Origin: Eledone cirrhosa
Lineage: Eukaryota
Length of the DNA stretch: 64,000 bases
Assembly: GCA_964016885.1 (NCBI GenBank)
Contig: OZ024750.1
Coordinates: 15,500,001-15,564,000, forward strand
Reading direction: 5' to 3'
Made by a program: the position numbers and the translations under genes. Below the pieces are notes generated by a model. It was not told where the DNA came from. It saw only the letters and a program-made list of their open reading frames with translations, and did not search any database. Shown here in pieces: positions 28,301 to 54,407 of the stretch (position 1 is the stretch's first letter; every line of letters starts with the position of its first letter).

Positions 28301-29514
28301 CTATTCTGAGTTCAAATTCTGCCCAAATTCATTTTGACATTCATTCTTCTGAGGTCAATACAATAATTAACAACTGATAAAAATAAATTCTGGAGTCGAT
28401 GTAATCAACTATATTTTTGACAGTGATGTCTCAACAACATTTCAGCCCAGGGACTAAAACTTTTGAAATAATTTAAAAGTATAGTCACAACAGATACGTG
28501 AGGATGCTGAGTGCAATCTGGAGTGCCTGCCTCAAGCAATGGACAACAGAAACAGATGGAGACAGAGAGTCATGTCAACCAGCTCACCAAGATGATGAGG
28601 ATACCTGAAGGAAAATGACATAAAACCGTATCTCATGTAACATTGTAGCTCCTTTCAGATTAACCCTTTTGAGACCAACTCCATTAAAACAAACCTGGTT
28701 TTAAGCCACATATCTGTGCATCTTAAATTGTTCATACTTGTATTAGAATCTTCCATCATAACTTTATTTAAGGAATTTTTCTTAACTCTTTAGCATTTAA
28801 ATAAGCCAGAATTCTCTCACCTCTTTCTGTTCAAACTTGCCATAACCATCTGCTCATACTGACATTAAGGTATTGTTCTCAAAATAAATAATTTCAAAAT
28901 CTCATAGATTCAATATTATTTGTGATAATTATGTAAGCTAAAGCTTTTACCACAAAAAAGGAATAGTAAATATAGAGTAATGTAAATGCTAAAGGGTTAA
29001 GTAATATTTCAAACACTGGTTTACTAAATGAAAGGTTAGTTATTTCATTAAATTCTTCAAAGTTCCAACATTTATTAAGACAGTGTAGTAACAAAAGAGT
29101 TAAAGAAAACAGCAAAGCCCAACAAGACTACTGATCAGTGTCAGTAAATATCAGTCAGTCCAACAAAGGTCACAAAGTAAAATTAGTTTTGTGTGTTGTC
29201 TGAAAAGAATTCAAACATTTGAAGCAAGGCTCTTTGTTGGAGGGGAAATATGTTGAAAGGCTCTATTTACAACTTTGTTACACTTTTCTTCAATAAACAT
29301 AATTCTTTTCTATTGACATGAACTCAGCCCATGTCAATGATCCCAGATCATCCAACCATGAAAACCAAGCCCCAAAAATAGAGAGTATGAGCAAAATGTG
29401 ATCACCTGACCAGTTTAGCTTCAGTACCTGATTATCTATCTAACCCATGCAAGCATGGAAAATAGACATCAAACAGTGATAATGATGATGATTTATAATG
29501 TATGTGTTATATAA

Positions 29515-29704
29515 TTGTTTCTACTTTTGGCACAAGGCCAGCAATTACCCCAGTGCATTACTGGTACTTTATTTTATCAACCCCATAAGGATGAAAGGCA
29601 AAATTAACCTCAGCCGGATTTGAACTCAGAACGTAAATAGCCATAACTCTATCCCGCAAAGCATGGTGTCTGGCGCTCTGCCAATACTGCCAATTCACAT
29701 CCTT
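29515..29704 (-). mobile_element. SINE family A copy
   Basis: Reverse-complement copy with TSD tgtatgtgt.atataa. Confidence 0.8.
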
Positions 29705-31419
29705 TGTATGTGTAATATAATATAACTTGCTGTGATATGATATTGGTAATTATTTGTTATAAAAATTGAAATGACACTTTCTTTCACAAAGATATATGAT
29801 TTTCCTATCTAGATTTTCATATTTGAAATGGTAATTTTTCTATATCAGTTAAACTGTCTAACTAGTATTAAAACTATGCTTCACAAAAGTTCTTGGTTTT
29901 ATTTTAGCATTAACCTTCTGGAAACCAAAGTGTCTGGTAGCACATAAAATTATCTCAAAATAGCATCTATATAGTCTGTGCTTCTTCTCAGTTTCACTTG
30001 ATTGGCATGTAGATTTTATAGTTAACAGATTTTCATTCTGTTAACTATCTTCATAAGCGAACATTTCAAACAGTTGCTTATATCATCCAATTTGACTTTC
30101 CTATGCAGACAAAATGTCCTTCAATTGTTCTAGTAATGTTTCTCTTCCAGTCATTATTTAATACTAAATACTGAACTATTTGTTATTTTTCACATCTTGA
30201 CCTGATTGTGTTGCTTAGTAACAGACCTTATCTAACTAGTTGTTATTGGTCATTGTCTCATAGCATGTGTCTTCTACAAACTGTCTACTATCTAAGTACA
30301 ATGTCTAAATTTAATTACATTATCTTGAATTTTCAACCTGCCTGTTCACTATTTTCTTAAACAATGTATCTACCAAAGTAAAATTCTGTCTAGCTTGAAA
30401 TGCCAAATTGATCTTTCTACAGTGTGTGTGTGTATAGGTTTTTCGCCTAAAGTAGACTAATTCTTTTAATTTATCTTATTACCCTTTTTTTGTTATTAAC
30501 TGAGAGAAATTGCGCACATGTGTGTTTTTATTGAAAACCAAAGGGCTGTGTTTGTGAATATTTTATTGCCATTGCTGTTGAAAAATTGAGAGCAGAAACC
30601 CTGTTTGCTTGCTCTACCTTCTTAATTGACTAAACTGGTTTATAAAGTAATTATTAAAAGAACAGAGGATTTGGCAAGGAAAACACCAGTTTGCTCAGAA
30701 ACCTTGTCATCATACACAATAAGTCTTTATCACTAAGTGCAGTGTTTTTCTATTTCTGCTCTGAGGCAAAAAAAGAACTACTGTCACCTATTAATCCATT
30801 TATTAGGGAGTGAGGGAAAGTAGTTAGTTGGAAAAAAACTATTGAAATGTCATGGTGAAAAATTGTGAAAAGACTACAAAATATTTTGACTGAGAGAAGA
30901 AAGATGTGTGTATGTAACTATATAATTAAATCTATTAGGCTTTCTTGTAGGAATTCAAGTAAATATTAGCAGTCCTTAATGGATGCAAAGCAGAGATGGG
31001 AAATCTTGCAAACCACTGAGGAGCACTAGTACCCACTTAGGTTACCTGAGTGAAACAACTGTATGGCTTTTAATTATATAAATATCTCTACACATATCCC
31101 GACCCTTTGTTTGACAAGGTTGCCACAGCTGGATGCCCTTACTATCACCAACCACTTTACAGAATATATTGGGTGCATTTATCGAATTGACCACCAACAC
31201 TAGGGAAGTTGTCATAGCTTTGACACAACTGAAGGCTCCCTTCTTGAAAATCAGCCACCAAAAACTACCTCTACATGGTCATTCGACCTGCTAGAAATAG
31301 CAGCCAAATTTCCTTCAAATGACACCCTATCGTTTTATGAGAGGATACTTTGGATAATGTGGCATGACTATGGATGGAATACCTTGGATCATAGATCAAT
31401 TCAATCAGCATTGAACAAT

Positions 31420-32230
31420 GGCTAAACAACAACACAAAATGGCAGTTAGCAAATTGTTAGGCCACCAAGCTGATGCAGTGTTCAAAAACCTCTCCCAAAC
31501 CTGCAATTCCCCCAAATGGATTTCCCCAGGAAATCTGTCCTTTCACCCACTCCAACCTATACTACATGACCTCACACCTCCACAAAACATGCAGCTGATA
31601 TAATTCTCACATTTACCCACCATTCTCCAGACATGGCTTCTCAACTACTTCAACCCTACTGAAAATCACTTAGAAATTTTGCTCCTCAGCAGCAGCAGAC
31701 TTAAAGTAGTACCTATCAAGTCCACCATGTCATTTTTCACCAATGGCAAAAGAAAGCATAAAATGCAACCAAATATCACACTCAGTAACATAAACATACT
31801 ACACACAATAAAAACAAAGTTACCAGGAGTTACATACAATACATATAAGACAGTAAATAAAGCAAAATGACACTCAAACACACTTAATGCAACTACAGAG
31901 ATATCAACAGTGGTGTACAAACAATACATTCGGTTCATTATCTACTATATCAGTGCTGCCTGGGCCCCCAAATTCTCCACAACAAATCACAAAAGATTAC
32001 AAAGAACACAAAACTACATATTAAAGACTGTATGCTGATCATACACACATAACACCTACACAACAACACAAAAATACTAGAAATGAAAGACCACTTGGTC
32101 ATGTGAGGACACAGTTCTTTTTGATACTACAATGCTTCAACTCCTACAGTCCATGTCACTATATGAAGAATCACATTCAAACATCCAGACACATCTCTCC
32201 CATTCAGCCCAGACAAACATAAAAAGAACA
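31420..32230 (+). mobile_element. Decayed LINE 3' fragment (I/Jockey-like)
   Basis: Remnants KLPGVTY, YKQYIR, SAAWAP, LQRTQN. Confidence 0.5.
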
Positions 32231-32243
32231 CAGTTATAGTTAA

Positions 32244-32451
32244 CCCTTTAGCATTTAAACTGGCCTTATCCGGCCAGAATTCTCTCACCTCTTTCTGTTC
32301 AAACCGGTCATAACCGGCCGCTCATACTTATGTTAAGGTATTGTTCTCAAAATAAATAATATCAAAATCTCGTAGATTCAATATTATGTGAAATAAAGCC
32401 TTTACCGTGAAAATATAAAAGTATATGTAGAGTAATGTAAATACTAAAGGG
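32244..32451. mobile_element. piggyBac-like MITE of about 210 bp (representative copy)
   Basis: TTAA|CCCTTTAG...CTAAAGGG|TTAA. Other copies: 7232-7452, 25988-26203, 28786-28996, 33526-33605 (partial), 35321-35532, 39459-39666, 43361-43585, 54705-54911, 60081-60288. Confidence 0.85.
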
Positions 32452-32458
32452 TTAAATA

Positions 32459-32752
32459 CATATAAAAATGAGAAACTCCATTGCTAGAACAGCCGTTAAA
32501 ACAGCTAAATGCTGTCAAGGACAGCAATGAGCAAAAAACATACCTCAGAGGACAGAGACCATGGCCAACGGCCAACAGAAAGACAATAGAAAAGATATTC
32601 CATCTGCCTATCAACCTCCTTGTAGATTGTCTCTCTGTTGACCACTGGTTACTGGTCTTTGTCCTTTGAGTTATTTTTGCCCATCGCTGTCTTTGACAGT
32701 ATTTAGCTGTTTTAACAGCTGTTGTAGTGATCAGTTTTCTCATATTTGTATA
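32459..32752. repeat. Diverged palindromic element of about 290 bp (fold-back/MITE-like)
   Basis: atgagaaac..aaaacagctaaatgctgtcaa.gacagc.atg.gcaaaaa is mirrored by its reverse complement at about 32620-32752. Confidence 0.7.
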
Positions 32753-34450
32753 TATTCAAATACTCTTGCTTCGTCTCGATCAGAGACAACATTGTTTTAA
32801 CAGTTATAGTTAATTTTGTCAATTAAAATATATATTTAACATTATTTCTGTTTCAACACACAATTTCATATCAAAAACCTTCCATAACAAAGACAATATT
32901 TATTACTTGAATCAAAAAATTTAATTATAGAACATTGTTTATAATTTGATTTTAGTGCTTTTGTCTTTCATGGGACTTAACAAAATATAAATATTAAGGT
33001 ATAACAAGTGAAGGAGCACACGGCCATGTTTGCACCTATTACGCTAACTATATATCACTCATACTTTTCATTTGTGCAGTTAGTGGTAGGCAGAGTATTT
33101 AAACAGCAAGTACATATGTACCGACATATTTAGAAAGTTTGGGGAAAATATAGCCTCCAACTCTCACATGCCTCATATTGTTTTACTTATTTATTTTTCA
33201 CATACCATTCAACAGGTAAATATTCCCACTTTCATTGATTATTTGGTCTGTCTTTCTAGTAACAGTTTCTCAAATGTTTTCTCTTATATTCTTTATATGA
33301 GTTGTTTTTTTTCATATTTGTTTTGTCTGTTGCCATGGCTATCTCTTTGTTATTATTATTATGTTGAACAGCTGCTGTCTTATGTAGTATAGATCCAACT
33401 ATCCAATGAGTCCATTGTGAAGATAGACCCACCATCTTCTTTTAGTTGGGAAGAGCAGGCAGTTTTCATCTGCTTGGTGGCTATAGTGAAAGAGATTGTG
33501 TGGTGCATGCAGTTGAAAGAATTAACCCTTTAGTGTTTACATTACTCTATCTATACTATGGTATTTTCATGGTAAAGGCTATATCTTACATAATTATCTC
33601 ACATAAGGCTGGAGGTGGAAGGGATTAATTGAAATGACTACACTCTGCTCTCCCTCATAATTCTGTCACCTTATGTCTATGTTAGAAATCATCATGTGGT
33701 TGAACTCACAAAGCTGGCTTAAAAACCAATGATAATTACATAAATATGAAAAAGAAGATAACATAATTAAATAATTGTTTCTACTTTTGGCACAAGGCCT
33801 GCAATTATCCCAGTGTATTACTGGTACTTTATTTTATCGACCCCGTAAGGATGAAAGGCAAAGTTAACCATGGCGGGATTTGAACTCGGATCATAGTTCA
33901 AATCCCGCCATGGTTAACTTTGCCTTTCATCCCTAAACATAATTAAATAATGAGAAAGAAGGGCAGGTCTGGCTGTATGAGAAAGTAGAGGAAAGGACTA
34001 TAAATGCCATAAATGAGAAGAAAATGAGGGACAAAGCAAGTACTTTTGGGCCCCGCAGAAGAAAGAAGGGGAGAGGATGATGGGCCCTGGGCATAGGGTG
34101 TGGCAGTGTTTGGGCTGCACCCCATGGATAAAACTTCATTAACTAGCATAATTTTAGAAATCAGCTTCAACAATGTTGTTTTTGCAACTGAGATCACATA
34201 TCTATCTGGCTGTCTCTTCTTCTCCTCTTCTCTCTCTCTCTCTCATATCATATATTGTTATATAACTAGTATTATTTGCAAACTTATTAACTACTGCACC
34301 TTGTTACAGCTGAAATTAACCCACAACCTCTCTCTCCTCTTTCTCTCTCTTTATCTCTTCTCTATCTTCCTCTGATATCATATATTGCTATAAAATTTGT
34401 AATATTTGCAAACTAAATTAACTACCTCATCCCAAGTTTATTAAACCATC

Positions 34451-34481
<31 letters not shown>

Positions 34482-34536
34482 TTTTCTCTCTCTCTCTCTC
34501 TCTTTTTCTCTCTCTCTCTCTCTTTTTCTCTCTCTC

Positions 34537-34591
<55 letters not shown>

Positions 34592-35320
34592 CTGATTTAT
34601 TACTAGTTATGTTAACCTTTGTAAATTTATTAACTGCTACATATATCCTGTTATAGCTGAGGCTATTAAAACTTCTACTTCTCAGTCTGCCTGTCTTTCT
34701 CCCTTTCCTTCTACCCCCATTCTATCTAACACATGTTATTGTATAACTTAGTAATATTAGCTTTTGCAAACTTATTAACATATATCCTGTTAGTGTAGAG
34801 AGAGTGTTAAACCTTTTACTACTCCTCCAGCTACTAACCACCACTACTGCTGATTTCCTAACATGACAGTTAACAAACTTTTTCAAGGAAATAGCCATAA
34901 AGACAACCAGTTAGTTACATGAATCGTAGTTATGTTTCGAGCCAAGCTTAGTCACAGCACTGCTGGGCGTGCATTGCGTGTATTTTCGATGAGGTGAGGA
35001 AGTGTGCGAGCCACAGATGCAGTTTGAAGGTGATCAATGGATTCGGTGAATTCAGGGGATTGATTCTGATCATGTTATTTGACATCACTGATGAGAAAGA
35101 AGCTGGTGTGTTGATTTTAGTTTAATGCAGCATATGAACAGCTTGCTGCTGTTGTCGGGTTTGTACAAACTAATTAATCACTTGCATAATCTAATCATTT
35201 CATAATTAATTAATTAATTACCTTATCTAATCATTACTTTTAATTACTTTGCTTCATCATATTTGTTTCTCTTTCTTTGTTGTTTTCCTTTCATAATTTC
35301 TCTTTATTTTTATCATTTAA

Positions 35321-35532
35321 CCCTTTAGCATTTACATTACTCTATATTTACTATTGTATTTTCATGGTAAACACTTTACTTCACATAATTATCTCACATA
35401 ATATGAGATTCTGATATTATTTATTTTGAGAACAATACCTTAACATAAATATGAGCAGCCAGTTATGGCCAGTTTGAACAGAAAGCGGTGAGAGAATTCT
35501 GGTCAGATATGGACAGTTTAAATACTAAAGGG
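35321..35532. mobile_element. piggyBac-like MITE copy
   Basis: TTAA TSD and CCCTTTAG TIR; opposite orientation to the copy at 32244. Confidence 0.85.
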
Positions 35533-36568
35533 TTAAAACCACTTCTTGAAAAATTAGATTTGTGGACATCAAAATCCTCGTCATTTAACATCTATTTTCC
35601 ACACTAGCATGGCTTCTTCAGCCACACACTCAGAAATATGTTAATTTATGAAAATGCCTGTATGCAAATAGCTTTATTTTTTTCCATTTTCATTCCACAG
35701 TTTCTCTCTCTGTGCCCCCCCCCCCTCTCTCTCTCTCTCACACACACACACACAGCTCTCCTTTCCCAGAAAATGTTCTCACTTCTTTATATCTATCCTT
35801 CAGTTATCTGGTCTAGCCTGAGATTAATCCATTAACAAATAGAGGTCACTTAGGTTTCATTCTTCATCAACGAGACTTGGGCATTTGTCTTGCTAAAAAT
35901 AACAGTCAAATTACCCCTAAATAATAGCCTACTTATTGTTTTTTTTTAAATGAAGACACAAATGGTAGTGAAGTGATAGATACATTGTTTATAATAAGAT
36001 GGGGTAGACATAACTGGAATGCTTTTATCATAGACTGTTCAGTAAGGATTTAACCAAGCCAACCATGAAGCCTCTACATGGTCGTTTGATCTACTAAAAA
36101 TCACAGCCAAATATCTCTCAAATAACACCTTATCACCTTAAAGATATGAGGGTCACTTTGAATAATGTGGAACCTGAATATATCTGAATATATATACTCT
36201 GCCTAACTAAAAGATTAGATGGCCACAACTGGAATGTCTTTTAATCAAAGATGAGTTAGAATTAAACAGCACCTTATCTTAATAAAGATGTCAGCTTTTG
36301 AGAGTAAGAAAAGTTGTGGTGTTTTGAATCAGTAGATCTTCAGTTGCCCTGTCACAAAATCCACCCATCATATGTATGTGTATTTATATATATATGTAAA
36401 GTTTTTTTTCTGTCCCTTCCTCTTCTCACTCTATCTTTCTATTTCATCCTCCGAGGTAGGACTAGTGTCTGAGACGGTAAGTCTCTTTTCCTTCTATATC
36501 AAGCATTAAACTAATATATTTCTCCATTGTACTGTGCCGTTTGCTTTGTTATCTCTGTTAACTTTTTT

Positions 36569-36622
<54 letters not shown>

Positions 36623-37004
36623 AATATAGAAGTGGCTTCTACAGTACTAGAACTGTTTCATTCAAAGGAAATCATCATGTATTGAGTATCTTACTTACTG
36701 TAGTTACCCCGATTGAACCCGGGACTCACACACACACACATATATAATGATGACGATTTTTATCATAATCATGTTATAATTTGGGATGGTCAGACTGCCA
36801 ATAAAATCATTCACCAGTTAAGTTTTACTTGGGTTTTATGTTTAGTTAGTTAACTAATCCATTACTTGGTTAGTTTTGTAACCAGATGGTTATTTAATTG
36901 TCATAATCTGATTATCAAAGCCCTTTCATTACACTATCTATGGCCTTCTCAATGACCATTCTTGCTCCTGTGTTTTGATTTTGGTCTATTGGTCTATTTA
37001 TTCC

Positions 37005-37076
<72 letters not shown>

Positions 37077-40000
37077 CCCTCTCTGTGATATTTATTCCTT
37101 ACACTAGTGTACTAAATATTGGCTGAAGTGAATGGTAATTAGCTGTTTTGACATTTCTGTCTTTCACAAGGACATTGCTAACGATGGAAATGGTGTAAGC
37201 AATTAAAACTGAGTGTTCTCCCCTTCTATAGTACACACTACTCTGTAAATGTTTGTATGTTTGATTGATATAGACAGACAGACAGACAAGAGAAAGAGCT
37301 ACTGCACACACACACACCTCTACTTTCCCAGAATAATTTTTATCTTTTCCACTTTCAAAGTGCTTTTTTTTTTTTTATTGAAATAATTTTTATTTTTCTG
37401 GCATTGTTTGTTAAATAATTTTATTTAAACTTGCATGTCATATTATGAATGAGTGACAAACCAGATGTTTATTTTACTGACAACTATTAGTAATTGTGTT
37501 ATATATATTTATATATATAGGCATATATATAAATATATATATATATATAACACACACATAACCCTTACCGGATCCTATCTAGATTTTGGTCTTTGTATTT
37601 ATTTATTATTATTATTATTACTACTACTATATATATATATATATATATATATTATTTTGTTTTCTTATCAACTACCTGTTTTTAAATAGTTCTATTCTAT
37701 TCTGAATGATCTAATAAAAAAATGTTTCATTATTGTTCATTAAAACTCTTCAGTTGACTACTTTTCTTCTCTTTCCCACTCATTTAGAACATCCAGTCTT
37801 TCTACATATATTTTAATAAATCTGCCCTGTTTACCTAAGGGCAACATTGAAACTGGAATATTTTTATTCATTAAATATTCTGGGGTAGATCTGGATCACT
37901 GAAATTCTGAAAGGATTCATTGAGAAATGGTGACATTATTTCATAACAAACAGACAAACTTTAACTCTTAATTTATAGATATCTGTTTACATCTGTGTGT
38001 CTGTGTGCGCATGCGCACGTGTCTGCTTGAATACACAACAAATATTTCAATCTGTATACTAAAAATGATACTCTGTTTTGGGGAGAAAATTATTTATAGT
38101 AAAATGTCTAGGTTGCTAGAGCTTAATGTGCTATAATATAATTTGTAGCATTTAAACATTTTGCTTGAGGCTAAACATATGTTGGGTACAAAATAAGCAA
38201 AGTAAACAGCTACTGTATTTGTTTAAATAAGAACACTTAATTTGTGCTGGAATGTCAGTTTCAGATCACTATGAAAAGAATGTTCCAATAAAATCATAAC
38301 TTGAGCATTAGTTAAATAAACTCAACTGAATTGTTGTCATCTTATATCTATAAAATCAATCTCTTTCTTGAAATTCTTCTTCTGGTTTCTGTGGACATTG
38401 CACACAACATCAACTGTACTATAATAAGCATGGTCCAGAACTCTATTTTCTGCACAAACATATATATGTATTTCTATATACTCACTCCCCCTCCCCAATC
38501 ATCAGATATACTGTTGACATATATAAAACTAGTGAGGGAAATTTGGTTGCTCCTCAATTTGCCGATGGTCAATCAGTGGCCTGGCCTACTGTTATGTTGG
38601 ATTGGAGCACTACCTTCAAGTATTTAGACAGATATGGTCTTGTGTTTGATCCCACTGTGGGATGACGCATGCCTTGTGAGTGAAATGGGTAGACAGAAGT
38701 TCATTGGATCGACTGTACTTGAATTCAAATGGCCACCCTTGTCATACACTATGTCATACTGAATCTCCCTGAGAATTATGTAAAGAGAATATGTGTCTGT
38801 AGAACGCTGAGCCACTTTATTCATTAATTTCATGAGCAAGCTGTCCCATTAATTAAACAACTGTAATGGGCCTTCATTGTCAAGGCCAATAGAAGTCCAT
38901 TCTACTCTGATACAAATTTTATCAATCTCTGTTATTCATCAAATTGTCAAACTTCTCCAGATTTACACAGGTAGACACATACACACACATACGTCCGTGT
39001 GTGTGTGTGTGTGAAAAGTAAATGGAAACAACACACTAAACTACACAGTACAATGAAAAAATATATGTTTAATACTTGATATAGTAGGAAAAGAGTATTT
39101 ATGTTTCAGACGTAAATACTCTTTCATCTGAAAATAGGAGAACTGAAAGATGAAATAGGAACTTGGTGGGATGAGGAAGGGATAGTAAAAAAGGGATTGA
39201 AAAAAAGCATGTGTTCAGTCAGCCATTTTGGGGAAGTATATATATATATATTTAGAGAAAAATAAAAAGTTTATGATGCACTAGTGCATTGCTTAAATTT
39301 TTATACTCATGCAAAGAGCATTTCTTGAAAGACATGTGAAAGATCACAGATGTTTTGTATGTAGGTGAAACTTTAAATAATAGACTGGTTGATCATGAAC
39401 TGTTTACATATAAATATAAACTCTATACAATGTAGTGAGTGATCCCATCCTTCTTTAACTCGTGAGCATTTAAACAGGCTGTATCCAGCCAGAACTCTCT
39501 CACCTCTTTCTGTTCAAACCGGCCATAACTTGCTACTCATAGTAATGTTAAGGTATTGTTCTCAAAATAAATAATATCAAAATCTCATAAATTCGATATT
39601 TTGTGAGATAAAGCCTTTACTGTGAAAATACAATAGTATATATAGAGTAATGTAAATGCTAAAGGGTTTAGCTGTAACACAGCTGATATCTTCCTGAGAT
39701 ATAGAGGAAGAATTCAACCCTAGTTCATGACTAGTATGTTATCAACCTTGAAAGAATGAAAAGCAAAGATGACCTCAGTAGAATTTGAACACAGAGCACA
39801 TCTTTAACCCCAAACCCTAACAATTGGTTGCCTTCCCTGGCTGTGTAGGATATTGTTAATAGGTATAAGCTGTCATATGTCATGAGACCTCTAGAAATTG
39901 CAGTGTGTAAAAGGAATTAAAGCCAGGAAAGAAAGAATGGTTGATAAGTAGAAGAGCTATGATTCAGTTGTTAAGTTATTAGTGTATTGCCAAGAGTTGA

Positions 40001-40995
40001 AACTCTCATACAATACTATGTCCTTGTGCTCCTAAATAAACAACATTATTACTCTATTTATCTCTGCCTAGTTAGCTGAAAATTAGCAACTTTGAAATGT
40101 TTATTTCAAAGTCAAATGCGTAACATTACAAAGATTGGTCAACTGTAAAGGCAAAACAAAGAAAGCTTTTGCTTAAACAGTTATTGTTAATTAACGCATG
40201 GTCATCATCATCATCATCATCATTTTATATCCGCTTTCTATGCTGGCAGGGGTTGGACAGGTTGTCACAGTCTGAGATTAAATGGGTCAGAAAACTACAT
40301 TTTGCTCATATATTCCAGCCCCAAAACACCCAGCCCACACTGTAAAGTGGACGTGTAAAAGACACAGCAAAAAGCACCCAGCACACACTGTCAATGTGGT
40401 TGGCATTAGGAAGGGCATCCAGCCATAGAAAATTAGCCCAAAACAGTCCTATATGAGCAAGATACGGTCACCCAACCCAACTTGCTTTTAAATGGGGAAA
40501 AAAACCCATCTAACCCATGCTAGCATGGAAGATATATGTTAATCGATGATGATGATGATTCCATATTTTGATGGGGTTTCTACAGCTAGATGCCCTTCCT
40601 AATGATAACCACCTTACAGGGTTTACTAGGTGCATTTTATCATGACACCAACACTAGAGAGGTTGCCATGCACTCGGCAAGGTAAAAAATTATCTCAGTT
40701 TCTCCGTCACAATCTAATTTTATATATTTTCATTTATGTTTCCGTTACCAGAAAGATTAAGCTGTAAAGCAATGATGTTAAGTGTAAGGAGCCAGACTAG
40801 ATGTTTCATTATGTCTAGCTTTGCCTTTCATTTCTTTAGGGTCAATGAAATAAGTATGAGTGAGATATTATCATTACTTCAATTACTGTAGTCCATTTTC
40901 TTTCCTTACAAAATGGCTTTGCACTCAAACAAACTAATTCATTGTGACTATATATATATATATATATCATCATCGTTTAACGTCTATCTTCCATA

Positions 40996-41027
<32 letters not shown>

Positions 41028-41158
41028 ATTGTTTCTACTTTTGGCACAAGGCCAGCAATTACCCAGTGTATTACGGGTACTTTATTTTATCGACCCCCGT
41101 AAGGATGAAAGGCAAAGTTAACCTCGACGGATATATATAATATATATATATATATAAT

Positions 41159-41190
<32 letters not shown>

Positions 41191-41708
41191 ATATATATAT
41201 ATATATAATATATAATATATATATATATATAATATATATAATATATATATATATATATAATATATATATAATATATATACACGCACATATATGTACATAT
41301 ATATGGAAGATAGCAAGGAAAAGCGGACGTAAAATGATGATGATGATGATGATATATATATATATATATATTACTGTATATACTTGAATATAAGCCGACT
41401 CCTATTTTATGTCTGAGAAATGGGCAAGAATCACTAACATCAATTTTTTGTACATGTTATAAAGACAAAAAGTGCCCAGCCCACACTGTAAATGTGGTTG
41501 GCACTAGGAAGGGCATCCAGTCATAGAAACCACGTCCAAATCAGCTCATTATGAGCAAGACACAGTCACCTGACCTGATTTTCTTCAAACAGGACAACCT
41601 GTCTAACTCATGCTAGCATGGAAAAATGGACATTGAACAGTGATGGTGATATATATATGTCATCATCATCATCGTTTATCGTTTATCTTCCACGCTAGCA
41701 TGGGTTAG

Positions 41709-41740
<32 letters not shown>

Positions 41741-41866
41741 CACATATAAATATTACTTTATTAATGACAAAGTTTATGTATATTTATATACATATAATGA
41801 ACTGTGACATTATTCTGTTTTCTATTAATATAATTTACTTTTTATTACAGGATATCCCTACTCACA

Positions 41867-53659
<11,793 letters not shown>

Positions 53660-54365
53660 TATATAAAGAAAAACTATAGAAAACAAAAAGGGTAGCAAAT
53701 ATTTTCACAAATAGGTAGCATCTGCTTGTGATTGTCATTCTGATCTTTTACTGCTGCTGGGTTTCTATAACTGAGTAGTGTCAGTATCATTTTAACAGTT
53801 CTTTCATTCTGTGTACTGGATTTATTTAATACCATAATCCTTATTTTTCAAACATGGTATGACTGCAGGCAACAAGAAAATTAATTTAGTAATTTTATAT
53901 ATTTATGAGCGCCATACGAAACACCTTCACAACCAACATGTTTTCCCAAGTCACAGGCTGGAGAACACTGACACTATTACCTGTCTCAACCAGAGGTCAA
54001 AAGTCAATTAACTCTACTTTAGATAATAAAAGAAGTGAGCATCATTCTAATGTCTTAAATTTATCTATCTTTTCTTCCCTAAACCTGATTAACACCATTC
54101 GTACGTAACACTGGCACTGGGTAGTACTGTAAAATATTTGAGTTATATATCATCCTGACACTACAAAATGTTCTGTATATATTTTGTAGGAAGAATGTTT
54201 AGACTATGATAGTCACACTACCACTGATGTCCATTGTTCTAGAGTTGTTGATTTTGTATAAGATGGTCTATATTTCCCATGCCTATGTCCACTGATGTTT
54301 TCTACAGAAACATTGCATAGGTTGTTTTTGTTGACACTCTCATGATATGAAGAATTGTCTATGAG

Positions 54366-54407
54366 AATAAATTAAGGTCGATTCATCTGGCTATCGGTAT
54401 AAATAAA
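54366..54407 (+). terminator. Candidate LETM1 polyadenylation signals
   Basis: Two AATAAA (54366, 54402) about 0.7 kb after the stop, followed by the GT-rich tgtctttgttg. AATAAA is frequent by chance in this DNA. Confidence 0.35.

Noticed and set aside
35083-35108. Hammerhead at CTGATGA-GAAA
   Set aside because: No stem II and no UH cleavage site.
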